Origin: an uncultured Clostridium sp.
Lineage (GTDB): Bacteria > Bacillota > Clostridia > TANB77 > CAG-508
DNA length: 64,000 nucleotides
Reading direction: 5' to 3'
Assembly (NCBI GenBank): GCA_948468045.1
Contig: CAOKGO010000002.1
Coordinates: 13 to 64,012 of the forward strand
A program made the position numbers and the translations under genes. This document shows, piece by piece, positions 22,438 through 32,341 of this stretch. The notes below the pieces were generated by a model. It was not told the DNA's origin. It saw only the letters and a list, made by a program, of their open reading frames with translations, and made no database searches. Every line of letters starts with the position of its first letter. Positions within the stretch are counted from its first letter, which is position 1.

Positions 22438-22618
22438 TTAGTTTGAAAAAAGAACGTATTTTCCAACAATTCTCTTCATAAGTTTGCTTTAAACATGATA
22501 GCATGAAAAAAAAGAAAGTGCAAGTTTTAAATTTAATGATATTATATAATATACAAAACATTTCTTGAAAAAAACCAAATAATCTAGTATAATCTAAGTG
22601 AAAGGGGATAGAGAAATC

Positions 22619-23128
22619 ATGGAAATTAATATACTAATAAACAAATCAAAATTAGAAAAAAGAATTGAAGAATTGGGAAAACAAATAGAAAAAGATTATC
22701 AAGGAAAAGAATTAGTATTTGTTGGAATATTAAAAGGTTCTGTTATGTTTATGTCAGAACTTGCCAAAAATGTAAAAAGCAATGTAGAATTAGACTTTAT
22801 GGATGTTTCTAGTTATCAAGGAACTCAAAGTACAGGAACAGTTACAATTAACAAAGATATTAGAAATTCAATAGAGGGAAAAAATGTCATTTTAGTAGAA
22901 GACATTATAGATACAGGAAGAACACTAACATATGTATTAGAATATCTAAAACAAAAAAATCCAAATAGCATAAAAATTGCAACAATGTTATCAAAACCAT
23001 CAAGAAGAGTAATGGAGCTAAATGTAGACTATATAGGTTTTTCAATTGAAGACAAATTTGTAGTTGGTTATGGTTTAGATTACAACGAAAAATATAGGAA
23101 TTTGCCATATATTGGTTATATTGAATAA
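22619..23128 (+). CDS. hpt: hypoxanthine phosphoribosyltransferase
   Basis: VILVEDIIDTGRTL PRPP-binding motif. ATG at 22619 within ORF 22598..23128. Confidence 0.9.
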   Translation: MEINILINKSKLEKRIEELGKQIEKDYQGKELVFVGILKGSVMFMSELAKNVKSNVELDFMDVSSYQGTQSTGTVTINKDIRNSIEGKNVILVEDIIDTGRTLTYVLEYLKQKNPNSIKIATMLSKPSRRVMELNVDYIGFSIEDKFVVGYGLDYNEKYRNLPYIGYIE

Positions 23129-23137
23129 AGGAGAACT

Positions 23138-25076
23138 ATGTTTAATTTAGAAGAAGAACTAAAGAAATTGCCTAATAAACCAGGTGTTTATGTAATGAGA
23201 GACAAAGAGGACAATATTATTTATGTGGGTAAAGCAATATCTTTAAAAAATAGAGTAAGGCAATATTTTAGAAAAACGGATAAAACGGCAAGAATTGAAA
23301 AAATGGTAAGTTTAATTGACCATTTTGAATATATTGTTGTAGATAATGAAGCAGAAGCATTAATTTTGGAGTGTAATTTGATTAAGAAAAATAGACCCAA
23401 ATTTAATGTTTTATTAAAAGATGACAAAACATATCCATATATTAAAATTGATTTAGCAAATGATTATCCAGGAGTATTTATAACAAGGAAAATTGTAAAA
23501 GATGGTTCAAAATATTTTGGACCTTATGCTAATCCAGGTGCAGCTAAAGAAATGGTAAATTTTATTAAAGAGAAGTACAAAATTCGTCAATGTAGAAATT
23601 TAAAAGAGCGTTCAAGACCATGTTTAAATTACCATATTAAAAAATGTTTAGCACCATGTATGGGATATATTACAAAAGAAGAATATAGAAAACAAATTGA
23701 CGAAATTATTGATTTATTAGACGGTAAAACAGATAAATTAATCAAAGAATTAGAAAGTGAAATGCAAGAAGCATCTAAGAAGTTAGACTTTGAAAAAGCA
23801 GCTTATATAAGGGACAAAATTCAAGCAATTCAAAGAGTTTCTGAAAAACAGAAAGTATCAAATATTTCTGAAAACAATATTGATGTTATAGGAATTGCAA
23901 AATCAGAATTAGAGGTCTGTATTGAAATATTCTTTGTAAGAGGAAGCAAAATGATTGGTAGAGAGCATTATTTTTACAGAGATTTAAAAGATATGGAAGA
24001 TAAAGAAATTTTATCTCGGATTTATAAAGCAATATTATTTAGAAAACCCTAATATACCAAACAGAATAATGATAAGAGAAGAAATAGAAGATAAGCAAGC
24101 AATTGAAGAATGGTTATCCACAAGTTTAGGAAAAAAAGTGGAAATCAAAACACCTAAAAAAGGTGAAAAGTTGCGCTTTGTAGAGATGGCAGAAAATAAT
24201 GCAAATGTAACATTAAAAAATAAAGAACAAGATAAAAGTGAAATCTTAATGGAATTAAAACAAGTTTTAAAAATGGACAAATTACCAAGAAAAATCGAAA
24301 ACTATGATATATCAAATATTTCTGGTGAATATATGGTAGCTGCCATGTGTGTTATGCAAGATGGAGTTATAAAAAAGAACCTATCAAGAAGATTTAAAAT
24401 AAAAACTGTATTTGGTCAAGATGACCCAAGATGTATGGAAGAAGTCATAAAAAGAAGATTAAAACATTCAATAGAAAATCCAAAAGGTGGATTTGGGGAC
24501 TTTCCAGATGTCATATTTGCAGATGGTGGAATAACACAAATAAGAGCAGTCCAAAACGCCATTCAGCAAGTGAAAAAAGATTTTATGGACAGTGAAAAAA
24601 ATCATAATAAAGAAGAAAATAAAGAAGAAAACAAAGAAGAAAATAAACAAGAAAATAAACAAGATAAAGAGAAGAATAATAATCAAGAAAAGAAACTAGA
24701 AATATTAAAAAAAATGGACATTCCAGTATTTGGTATGGTCAAAAATGACAAACACCAAACAAGAGCATTAATGGACAACTTAAGAAACGAGCTAGAAATA
24801 TCACAAAACCTAATGAACCAAATAACAAAATTCCAAGACACAGTACATGACACAGCAATTACCTATCATAGAAAAATAAGAGATAAACAAATAACAAAAT
24901 CAGAATTAGATGAAATAGATGGAATTGGAGAAATAAAAAAACAAGCATTATTAAAGCAATTTGGAAGCGTAGAAAAAATAAAGAAAGCATCAATACAAGA
25001 ACTAATGCAAGTAAAAGGAATAAACCAAGAACTAGCCAAAAAAATTTTGGGCATAATTGGGACAGGCACTGAGTAG
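23138..25076 (+). CDS. uvrC: excinuclease ABC subunit C
   Basis: GIY-YIG N-terminus (GVYVMRDKEDNIIYVGKA) and a C-terminal HhH region. Two pieces are joined by a +1 shift at CGG 24017..24019, giving LSGFIKQYYLENPNIP. The last ten codons and the stop lie in family B. Confidence 0.95.
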
Positions 25077-25149
25077 CCCTTTTGGGCATAATTGGGACAG
25101 GCACCGAGTAGCCTTTTTGGGCATAACTGGGACAGGCACCGAGTAGCCC
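25049..25149 (+). repeat. Family B tandem repeat, three units
   Basis: Units start at 25049, 25084 and 25119. Confidence 0.85.
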
Positions 25150-25186
25150 TTTTTGTCATAATTGACAAAAAAAGGCCAGAGAAGGC

Positions 25187-25420
25187 CTAATTGAATCTTC
25201 TCTGGTTTATAAATTTTTGCCCACGCAGAAAATGCGTGGCTTTGTTAGCAACCTTATTTATGGTTGCCTTTCTTTTTTCTTTGCTTTCATACTTTTGCCG
25301 TCCACTAGAAATCATGGACGGAACATACATCCCAGCTGGGAAAACATACATCGTCTTCCGCCAAGATGAAATATTAAGCACGAAAAAAAAAGTTACGAAG
25401 AAAATTCCTATTTTTTTCAT
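25187..25420 (-). CDS. small secreted or membrane protein
   Basis: Starts MKKIGIFFVTFFFVL, preceded by a strong aggagg RBS. Confidence 0.45.
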   Translation of the reverse strand: MKKIGIFFVTFFFVLNISSWRKTMYVFPAGMYVPSMISSGRQKYESKEKRKATINKVANKATHFLRGQKFINQRRFN

Positions 25421-25663
25421 AGGAAATTCCTCCTTTCTTTTTGAAATACGGGCATTGCCCACCATAAAGCTACATAAATAGTATAACAAATATTTGGCTA
25501 AAAAACAAGCTTTATCAATATTTATATTTAGATAAAAAATAAAATAAATTTGTTATTAAGATGTAAAGTGTAACAAATATAAATTAAATATGAAAAGTTT
25601 AGGAATATTTTAGGAAAACTTTGCATATACATATAGGGAAAAAGATGAAAGGGGAATAAAAAT

Positions 25664-25873
25664 ATGGAATATGCAAAAGATGAGGTTTTCCAAATTAGTT
25701 ATGCTACTAAACTTAAACGATTAAAAGGAGAGAAGCAAAGTTGGACAAGTAGGTTGTGCAAAAAGGTTAAAAGTCACAAATTAATTACAACCACAATTAT
25801 TGCATTTTTGATGTTTGCAACCTGTAATTTGATTATGATATGTGATTTTATGAAAATTTTACAAAATATATAA
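25664..25873 (+). CDS. small membrane protein (hypothetical)
   Basis: 69 codons with one C-terminal hydrophobic segment and a gaaagggg RBS-like sequence. Confidence 0.3.
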   Translation: MEYAKDEVFQISYATKLKRLKGEKQSWTSRLCKKVKSHKLITTTIIAFLMFATCNLIMICDFMKILQNI

Positions 25874-25938
25874 AATATGATAAAATACTAGTATTCTAAA
25901 AAGGAGGAATAGTAGTATTTTTATTACTAAAAAAATAT

Positions 25939-26802
25939 ATGAAGATAGCAAATGAATGGAAAGAATATAAAATTTTAGATATGGCTGATGGTCAAAAACT
26001 AGAGAGATGGGGAGAAATAACCTTAGCAAGACCAGACCCACAAATTATTTGGAAAGATAGAAGTTTTCCAAATAAATGGAAAGAAATAAATGCTACATAT
26101 CATAGGAGTAAAACAGGTGGTGGTTCTTGGGAATTTAAAAAGAAGATGCCAAAGGCTTGGCAAATACACTATAAAAATTTAACTTTTAATATTAAGCCAA
26201 TGGGATTTAAACATACAGGGCTTTTCCCAGAGCAAGCTGTTAATTGGGATTGGATGATTAACAAAATAAAATCTAGTAAAAGAGAAATAAAGGTTTTGAA
26301 TTTGTTTGCATATACAGGTGGAGCAACTGTGGCTTGTTTATCAGCAGGAGCAGCAGTATGTCACGTTGATAGTTCTAAAGGTATGACGACTTGGGCAAAG
26401 GAAAATGTAGCATCTTCTAAATTAGCAGATAAGCCAGTTCGCTTTATTATAGATGATGTTGTGAAATTCGTAAATAGAGAAATTAGAAGAGGAAACAAAT
26501 ATGATGCAATCATAATGGATCCACCATCTTATGGAAGGGGAGCAAAAGGCGAAGTATGGCAATTTGAAGAAAATATATATGATTTAGTACAATTATGTTT
26601 GCAAGTAGTATCAGATAATCCACTATTCTTTTTAATTAATTCTTACACAACAGGAATATCTAGCACAGTGCTACAAAATATTTTAAGTGTAACTATGGAT
26701 AAGAAATATAAGGGAAAGCTAGAATGTGGAGAAATTGGGCTTCCAATGGAAAATTCAAAATTAGTGTTACCTTGTGGAATTTATGCTAGGTGGGAAAAGT
26801 AA
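25939..26802 (+). CDS. class I SAM-dependent methyltransferase (RlmI/YwbD-like)
   Basis: NLFAYTGGATVA and IIMDPPSYGRG motifs. Confidence 0.75.
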   Translation: MKIANEWKEYKILDMADGQKLERWGEITLARPDPQIIWKDRSFPNKWKEINATYHRSKTGGGSWEFKKKMPKAWQIHYKNLTFNIKPMGFKHTGLFPEQAVNWDWMINKIKSSKREIKVLNLFAYTGGATVACLSAGAAVCHVDSSKGMTTWAKENVASSKLADKPVRFIIDDVVKFVNREIRRGNKYDAIIMDPPSYGRGAKGEVWQFEENIYDLVQLCLQVVSDNPLFFLINSYTTGISSTVLQNILSVTMDKKYKGKLECGEIGLPMENSKLVLPCGIYARWEK

Positions 26803-27486
26803 ATGCAAAATTTAAAAATATTATTTGAAGATAATCATATTATTGTTGTAGAGAAAAAGCCGAATATTCCGTCACAGGCAGATAAAACGGAAGATGAGGA
26901 TATGCTTACAATAGTAAAACAATATATTAAAGAAAAGTATAATAAGCCAGGAAATGTGTATTTAGGATTGGTTCATAGATTAGATAGGCCAGTTGGTGGA
27001 GTTATGATTTTTGCAAAAACTTCGAAAGCTGCGGCTAGATTAAGTGAGCAAGTAAGAAGCAAAATTTTTAAAAAGAAGTACCTAGCAGTAGTTGATGGAA
27101 AAATTGAAAAACAAGTAGGAACATTGGAAAATTATTTGTATAAAGATGAAAGACTTAATATGAGTCGTGTTGTAAGTAAAGATAAGAAAAATGCAAAATT
27201 GGCAAAACTCGATTATAAAGTATTAAAATATAATGAAATAAAGAATCTAAGTTTATTAGAAATCAATTTACATACAGGAAGACATCATCAAATTAGGGTA
27301 CAATTATCTGATTTTGGGCATAGCATTTTTGGAGACCAAAAATATGGAAATAGAGGACAAGGGAAACAAATTGCTTTATGGGCTTATGAACTTACAATTG
27401 AACACCCTATTACAAAAGAAAAAAAAACATTTAAGGATTTGCCAGAAGCAGTTGGGACATGGTGTATTTTAAAAGGAGAAAGATAG
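26803..27486 (+). CDS. RluA-family pseudouridine synthase
   Basis: HRLDRPVGGVMIFAKT and HTGRHHQIRVQL motifs. Confidence 0.85.
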   Translation: MQNLKILFEDNHIIVVEKKPNIPSQADKTEDEDMLTIVKQYIKEKYNKPGNVYLGLVHRLDRPVGGVMIFAKTSKAAARLSEQVRSKIFKKKYLAVVDGKIEKQVGTLENYLYKDERLNMSRVVSKDKKNAKLAKLDYKVLKYNEIKNLSLLEINLHTGRHHQIRVQLSDFGHSIFGDQKYGNRGQGKQIALWAYELTIEHPITKEKKTFKDLPEAVGTWCILKGER

Positions 27487-27780
27487 CATGAAACAGAAAT
27501 TGAAAAAATGTTATTAAAGTTAAAAGATACAAATACATTATTAATCATTTCAGCAGACCATGGACATTAAGATATAAATGAAGCATATGGCAACAAACAT
27601 AAAAAGATAGATGATTTTATAGAAGATTATGTTGCAGTAGCAATATCAGATGCAAGAATGGTTTTAGGTACTCATTTATCAAGAGAAATGAGGCCAATAG
27701 ATGAAAAGAAAGCAACACATTGTGGTCTAACTAGAAATGAAATGGAAGTTCCATTAATTGTTTTTGATTTAAGAAAGTAG
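27487..27780 (+). pseudogene. C-terminal remnant of an alkaline-phosphatase-superfamily gene
   Basis: The frame reads TLLIISADHGH, then an in-frame TAA at 27568..27570, then ...NEMEVPLIVFDL. There is no N-terminal part, start codon or RBS. Confidence 0.5.
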
Positions 27781-27802
27781 ATAATATCTGCTTTTTTTGT
27801 GT

Positions 27803-27888
27803 GTTATAGGAGAAATCGAAAAAATTCCTATAACATAAGCACATTCTACACAAATTTGCTAAAGCAAATTTGACAGGCGAACAAAAAA
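27803..27888 (+). repeat. Family A repeat, modules 1-2 only, truncated
   Basis: ttataggagaaatcgaaaaaattcctataa followed by ttctacacaaatttgctaaagcaaatttg. Confidence 0.8.
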
Positions 27889-27939
27889 TGTTAAAGCCAC
27901 ATATAATATAAAAAGCAAAAAAATAGAGGGGGATTACCT

Positions 27940-28623
27940 GTGGCGAAAATACTTGTTTTTAATAATGATACAGATAGAATGGAAACTTATTATAGGGGAG
28001 AAGCAGAACCAATGCCATATAATACAAATTCTACTTTAAAAGTACGAGAATTTAGAGGTTCTAGTAAAAGTAATATTTTATGGACAACAAAAAGGTGTAT
28101 GCAAAGTTGGAATAGTCAAAGATATATTTATGGAGGTCCGATACCAGTAGGATTTGCATTTAAAAGACCATATGAGGGACGGTCATCGGAAACCAAAGTC
28201 AACATTATGCAGGTGTAGCTTTTGATGTAGGGCAAACTTTAACTAATGCACAAAGAAATACATTATGGCGAACTGCAAATAATTCAGGAGTATGGAGTTA
28301 TGTAGAACCAATTTCATTAACACCTACATGGGTGCATTTTGATAAACGTTTTCGGAAAGCCAGCTTGTTCAACAGGGGGATTTCCAACACTTAGGAGAGG
28401 AAGTTTAAGCAATTATGTACTAATAGCTCAAGATGACTTAAACACACTAGGATTTCGTACAAATGGGTTAGATGGAATTTTTGGTTCTGGAACACAAAAT
28501 GCTGTAATTGCATATCAAAGGTCAAGAGGATTAGCGGCTGATGGAATTATTGGTTGCAATACATGGAGGTCCTTACAAGAAAATGTGGTTGGAACAGGAC
28601 CAACCAATACAACAATAAATTAA
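27940..28623 (+). CDS. M15-like peptidoglycan peptidase with a C-terminal PG-binding domain
   Basis: GTG start. Three CGG breaks at 28180..28182, 28187..28189 and 28353..28355 add up to +3. The corrected reading gives GGHGNQSQHYAGVAFD and WVHFDKRFG, then GSGTQNAVIAYQRSRGLAADGIIG (PG_binding_1-like). Confidence 0.7.
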
Positions 28624-28626
28624 AAA

Positions 28627-28667
28627 AATACCTAAGGTGGAATAACCATTTCTTAGGTATTTTTCTT
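28627..28667. terminator. Bidirectional terminator hairpin
   Basis: Stem aatacctaag/cttaggtatt flanked by A and T runs, between convergent genes. Confidence 0.65.
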
Positions 28668-28679
28668 ATAGATTAGATT

Positions 28680-29051
28680 TTATTTTTCTATTTCTTCTGT
28701 TTCTTGCATTTTAATTAAATCATTAGCAAGTGCAGAGATTATAGTCTTATGATATGAATTTAATTTTAAATAAACTTCTAGAAATTTGTCATCAGTAAAG
28801 TTATCTAAAATTGGAGTTTTGTTATTAATTAAATCACTAAATAGAAAATCTGAATTTATATTAAGTGCTTTGCAAACATTAATAATTGTAGTAGCACTAC
28901 CAAAGGCAATACCTCTTTCTAATTGACTAATATACCTAGGAGATAAAGAGATTTTTTCTGCTAATTGTTCTTGTGTATATTTTGATTTTGCTCTTGCCAA
29001 TTTTATCTTTTTTCCTATATTTTTTCTTAAAATTTGTTCTTGACTATTCAT
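28680..29051 (-). CDS. XRE-family HTH transcriptional regulator
   Basis: IGKKIKLARAKSKYTQEQLAEKISLSPRYISQLERG is a Cro/C1-type HTH. Confidence 0.8.
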   Translation of the reverse strand: MNSQEQILRKNIGKKIKLARAKSKYTQEQLAEKISLSPRYISQLERGIAFGSATTIINVCKALNINSDFLFSDLINNKTPILDNFTDDKFLEVYLKLNSYHKTIISALANDLIKMQETEEIEK

Positions 29052-29178
29052 AAGGTTTCCTCCTATATTTTATATAAAAAGTATAGCAAGTAGAAAATGA
29101 AAAAAGAACGAACTGTTAATAAGAAAAAAGTGATGTTGTGATATTAATAGTGTACAAAAAATAAGAACTAAAAGTTTT

Positions 29179-29335
29179 ATATTATAGGAAAGTTCTCTGA
29201 ACTTCCTATAATATAAAGCGTTCTACACAAATTTGCTAAAGCAAATTTGGCAGGCGAACAAAAACGGAGCATGTAAAGCAGTTTAAAAGGTCAAAGTTTT
29301 CAATCATGCTCCTTTTGTTCTGTTATAGGAAAAGT
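29179..29335 (+). repeat. Family A modular repeat
   Basis: Modules 1-3 plus a partial fourth hairpin. Confidence 0.85.
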
Positions 29336-29456
29336 GAGAATATTAATTAGCCTACTATTGTTCTAGAAATAGTTTAATTATAAATTGTAAATAAAAAAAT
29401 AAAAAAATTTTAAAAAAAGCTTGCAAAATATTAAAAGTTGTATTAAAATCTATGTG

Positions 29457-29493
29457 AAGTGGAGAAAAGTGGTACAAAGTGGTGCGAAAGTGG
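29457..29493 (+). promoter_or_regulatory. Candidate MraZ operator: four direct AAGTGG repeats
   Basis: AAGTGG at 29457, 29467, 29477 and 29488 (spacing 10, 10, 11 nt). The array lies just downstream of ttgcaa...taaaat promoter-like hexamers and upstream of mraZ. Confidence 0.6.
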
Positions 29494-29510
29494 GAGAGAG
29501 GTGAAGACGC

Positions 29511-29936
29511 TTGCTAATAGGTGAATACGAGCATTCCATAGATGCAAAAGGTAGATTAATTATGCCATCAAAATTAAGAGTAGATATGGGCGAAAAATTC
29601 ATCGTAACAAAAGGATTAGATGGATGTTTATTTGCGTTTTCACAAAATGAATGGTTAAACTTTGAAACAAAATTAAAAACATTACCACTTTCAGATAAAA
29701 ATGCTAGAAATTTTGTTAGATTTTTCTTATCAGGAGCAACAGAATGTGAAATAGACAAGCAAGGAAGATTTCTAATTCCAAACAATTTAAGAACAGCTGC
29801 AAATTTAGAAAAAGAAGCAGTTATAATAGGAGTAGGAACAAGACTTGAAATTTGGGATAAACAAACATGGCAAAATTGTGATCAAAATATTTCAGCTGAT
29901 GAAATTGCTGAAAACATGACGATGCTTGGTATATAA
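29511..29936 (+). CDS. mraZ: transcriptional regulator MraZ
   Basis: Duplicated SpoVT/AbrB-like halves ([13 protein letters not shown] and [13 protein letters not shown]). Confidence 0.95.
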   Translation: MLIGEYEHSIDAKGRLIMPSKLRVDMGEKFIVTKGLDGCLFAFSQNEWLNFETKLKTLPLSDKNARNFVRFFLSGATECEIDKQGRFLIPNNLRTAANLEKEAVIIGVGTRLEIWDKQTWQNCDQNISADEIAENMTMLGI

Positions 29937-29959
29937 CTTGAAAAAGTTTATATAAAAAA

Positions 29960-30286
29960 ACAAAAGACAAAAAAACAAAGGATAAAATCATACTAAAAAG
30001 TTACAAAAGATAAAAATACAAAAGATAAAATTTCTAAAAATATTACAAAAGACAAAAATACAAAAGATAATTATTTTATAATAAAATATAACTAAAGATA
30101 AAAATTAAGATTACAAAAGAAAGCTAAAAAAAGGAAATTGGACATAAAAGAGTAAACGAAAGAAAACTTTTAAAAGTTACAAAAGAAAATTAAATAAAAA
30201 GTAAAACAAAAGAAGATTTAACAAAAGAAAAAATTGCCAAAGATAAAATTTTAAAATACTAATGTGAATTGCCAATAAACAAAAGA
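29960..30286 (+). repeat. A-rich array with ten exact ACAAAAGA words
   Basis: Counted by eye in the mraZ-rsmH spacer. Strongly purine-rich on the plus strand, with no long ORF. Confidence 0.7.
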
Positions 30287-30356
30287 AATAAAATAAAACT
30301 TAGGCTGGTAATTTAAAAGTAGATTACCAGCTTAAAAAAACAATAGAGGTAATTAA

Positions 30357-31288
30357 ATGGAATTTAAACATAAATCAGTTATGTTACAAGAAAGCATAGA
30401 ACGGTCTTAATATAAAACCAAATGGAATTTATATTGATGGGACTCTTGGAGGAGCTCGGACATAGTAAAGAAATTATAAAAAAATTATCTCCAAAAGGTA
30501 TGTTAATTGGAATTGACAGAGATCAAGAAGCTCTGAAAGCAGCAAAAGAAACATTAAAGGACTTTTCAAATGCAAAATATATTCATGATAATCATGATAA
30601 TATAAAAACAATATTAGGACAATTAAATATAGAAAAAGTAGATGGTATTTTACTAGATTTGGGAGTTTCTTCATATCAACTAGATGAAAGAAATAGAGGA
30701 TTTAGTTATCTAGGTGAAAACAGTTTAGATATGAGAATGGATAAAACACAAGAACTAACAGCAAAAATAGTAATAAATACTTATAAAGAAGAAGAACTTG
30801 CAAATATAATATATGAATATGGAGAAGAAAGATTTTCAAGACAAATTGCTAGAAATATTTGCAAAGTAAGGAAAGAAAAAGAAATTGATACAACAAAACA
30901 ATTAGTAGAAATTATAGAAAATTCTATTCCAAAATCAAAACAAAAAGATGGACATCCAGCAAAAAGAACATTTCAGGCAATTAGAATTGAAGTCAATAAT
31001 GAAATAAAACCATTATATACAACAATAACAAATAGCATAGAAGCTCTAAAATCAAAAGGAAGATTATGTGTTATAACTTTTCATTCATTAGAAGACAGAG
31101 CAGTAAAAAAAGCTTTTATAGATGCTAAAGGAAAATGCATATGTCCAAGTGATTTACCATATTGCGTATGTGGAGCTAAATCTCTTGGAGAAATAATTAC
31201 AAAAAAACCAATACTTCCATCAATAGAAGAAATAGAAGAAAATACGAGAAGCAAAAGTGCAAAACTTAGAATTTTTGAAAGACAGTAA
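30357..31288 (+). CDS. rsmH: 16S rRNA (cytosine1402-N4)-methyltransferase
   Basis: Starts [18 protein letters not shown] breaks at 30402..30404 and 30457..30459. The corrected reading [24 protein letters not shown] restores the conserved GxGGHS motif. Confidence 0.95.
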
Positions 31289-31322
31289 ATTAAAAATAAT
31301 AAGAAAGTGAGGTGAATAACTT

Positions 31323-31844
31323 ATGATAAGTAGTAGATATGAATATGGAACAAGTCCTAGGAAATTGGAGCCAGACATTAGAAGAAAAAAGCAAACTATG
31401 CCAAATAAGCAACCCAAAAGTAAAAAGCTAAGAGTAGTTGAGGAGTTGCCAAGACAGGATATAAAGATATCAAAAGCACAAAAAAAGAAACAAATAAAAT
31501 TAACATTAGTAGTTGTTGGTATATTTATATTATTATTGACTGTAAGTTATAGAAACTCACAAATAAATGAACAATTTAGCAAAGTACAAAATTTAAAGAA
31601 AGATCTAGCTTCTATAAAAAAAGAGAATGAACAATTAGAAGTTAGTATCGAAAATAGTTTGAATATAAATACAGTTGAAAAGTTAGCAAAAGAAAAATTG
31701 GGTATGCAAAAATTGACAAATAAACAAACAGTATATGTTGCCTTACCAAAAAAAGATTATGTGGAAACTTCTACGGAGGAAGTGATTGTAGAAGAAGAAA
31801 AAAATTGGCTAGAACAGTTAATTGATAAAATATTTAATAAATAA
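31323..31844 (+). CDS. ftsL: cell division protein FtsL-like (septum formation initiator)
   Basis: Basic N-terminus, a single TM (LTLVVVGIFILLLTV) and a coiled-coil. Positioned after rsmH. Confidence 0.7.
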   Translation: MISSRYEYGTSPRKLEPDIRRKKQTMPNKQPKSKKLRVVEELPRQDIKISKAQKKKQIKLTLVVVGIFILLLTVSYRNSQINEQFSKVQNLKKDLASIKKENEQLEVSIENSLNINTVEKLAKEKLGMQKLTNKQTVYVALPKKDYVETSTEEVIVEEEKNWLEQLIDKIFNK

Positions 31845-31882
31845 ATAACTTTCTAATAAAATAAATTAGAGAGTTTTTTATT

Positions 31883-31970
31883 GTATAGGTAAAATCTTTG
31901 ATTTTACCTATACAATAAAAACACATTCTACACAAATTTGCTAAAGCAAATTTGGCAGGCGAACAAAGAC
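31883..31970 (+). repeat. Family A repeat, modules 1-2 plus the start of module 3
   Basis: tataggtaaaatctttgattttacctata followed by ttctacacaaatttgctaaagcaaatttgg. Confidence 0.8.
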
Positions 31971-32199
31971 AATTAAAACAAAGAAAGAAGAGGAAAGAGC
32001 GGAATGTTACGGAGACAGGTGATTAGGGGGAATGAATTAAAGAATATTGCAAAAAAGTTTCAAAAAAGATAACAAATTGTAAAATTAGGGATAAAAACTT
32101 AAGCAACTGTAAGGTTTGAAGAAGAACAATTTGAAAAATATAAAATACAATATTGAAAGGGGAAGAAAAAATTGTTATAATTTTAGTATATATATTCAG

Positions 32200-32265
32200 G
32201 AACAAAAGAGGCAGTATAAAATTCTATAACTTTTAGATAAACTTTTATGCTACTTCTATTGTTCA
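32200..32265 (-). repeat. Family A module 3 only, degenerate
   Basis: gaacaaaagaggcagtataaaattctataacttttagata...ttgttc resembles the reversed module 3 of copy 1..155. Confidence 0.6.
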
Positions 32266-32341
32266 TTTATGAAAAAATATGTTGGAAATTAATGATTTTT
32301 TCAATTATATTTGTAGGAAAAAATAAGCCAATAAGAAAGGA

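Noticed and set aside
25191-25481. A 96-codon plus-strand ORF opposite the small minus-strand gene.
   Set aside because: The minus-strand reading has a strong aggagg RBS and a signal-peptide-like N-terminus from 25420. The plus-strand ORF has neither.
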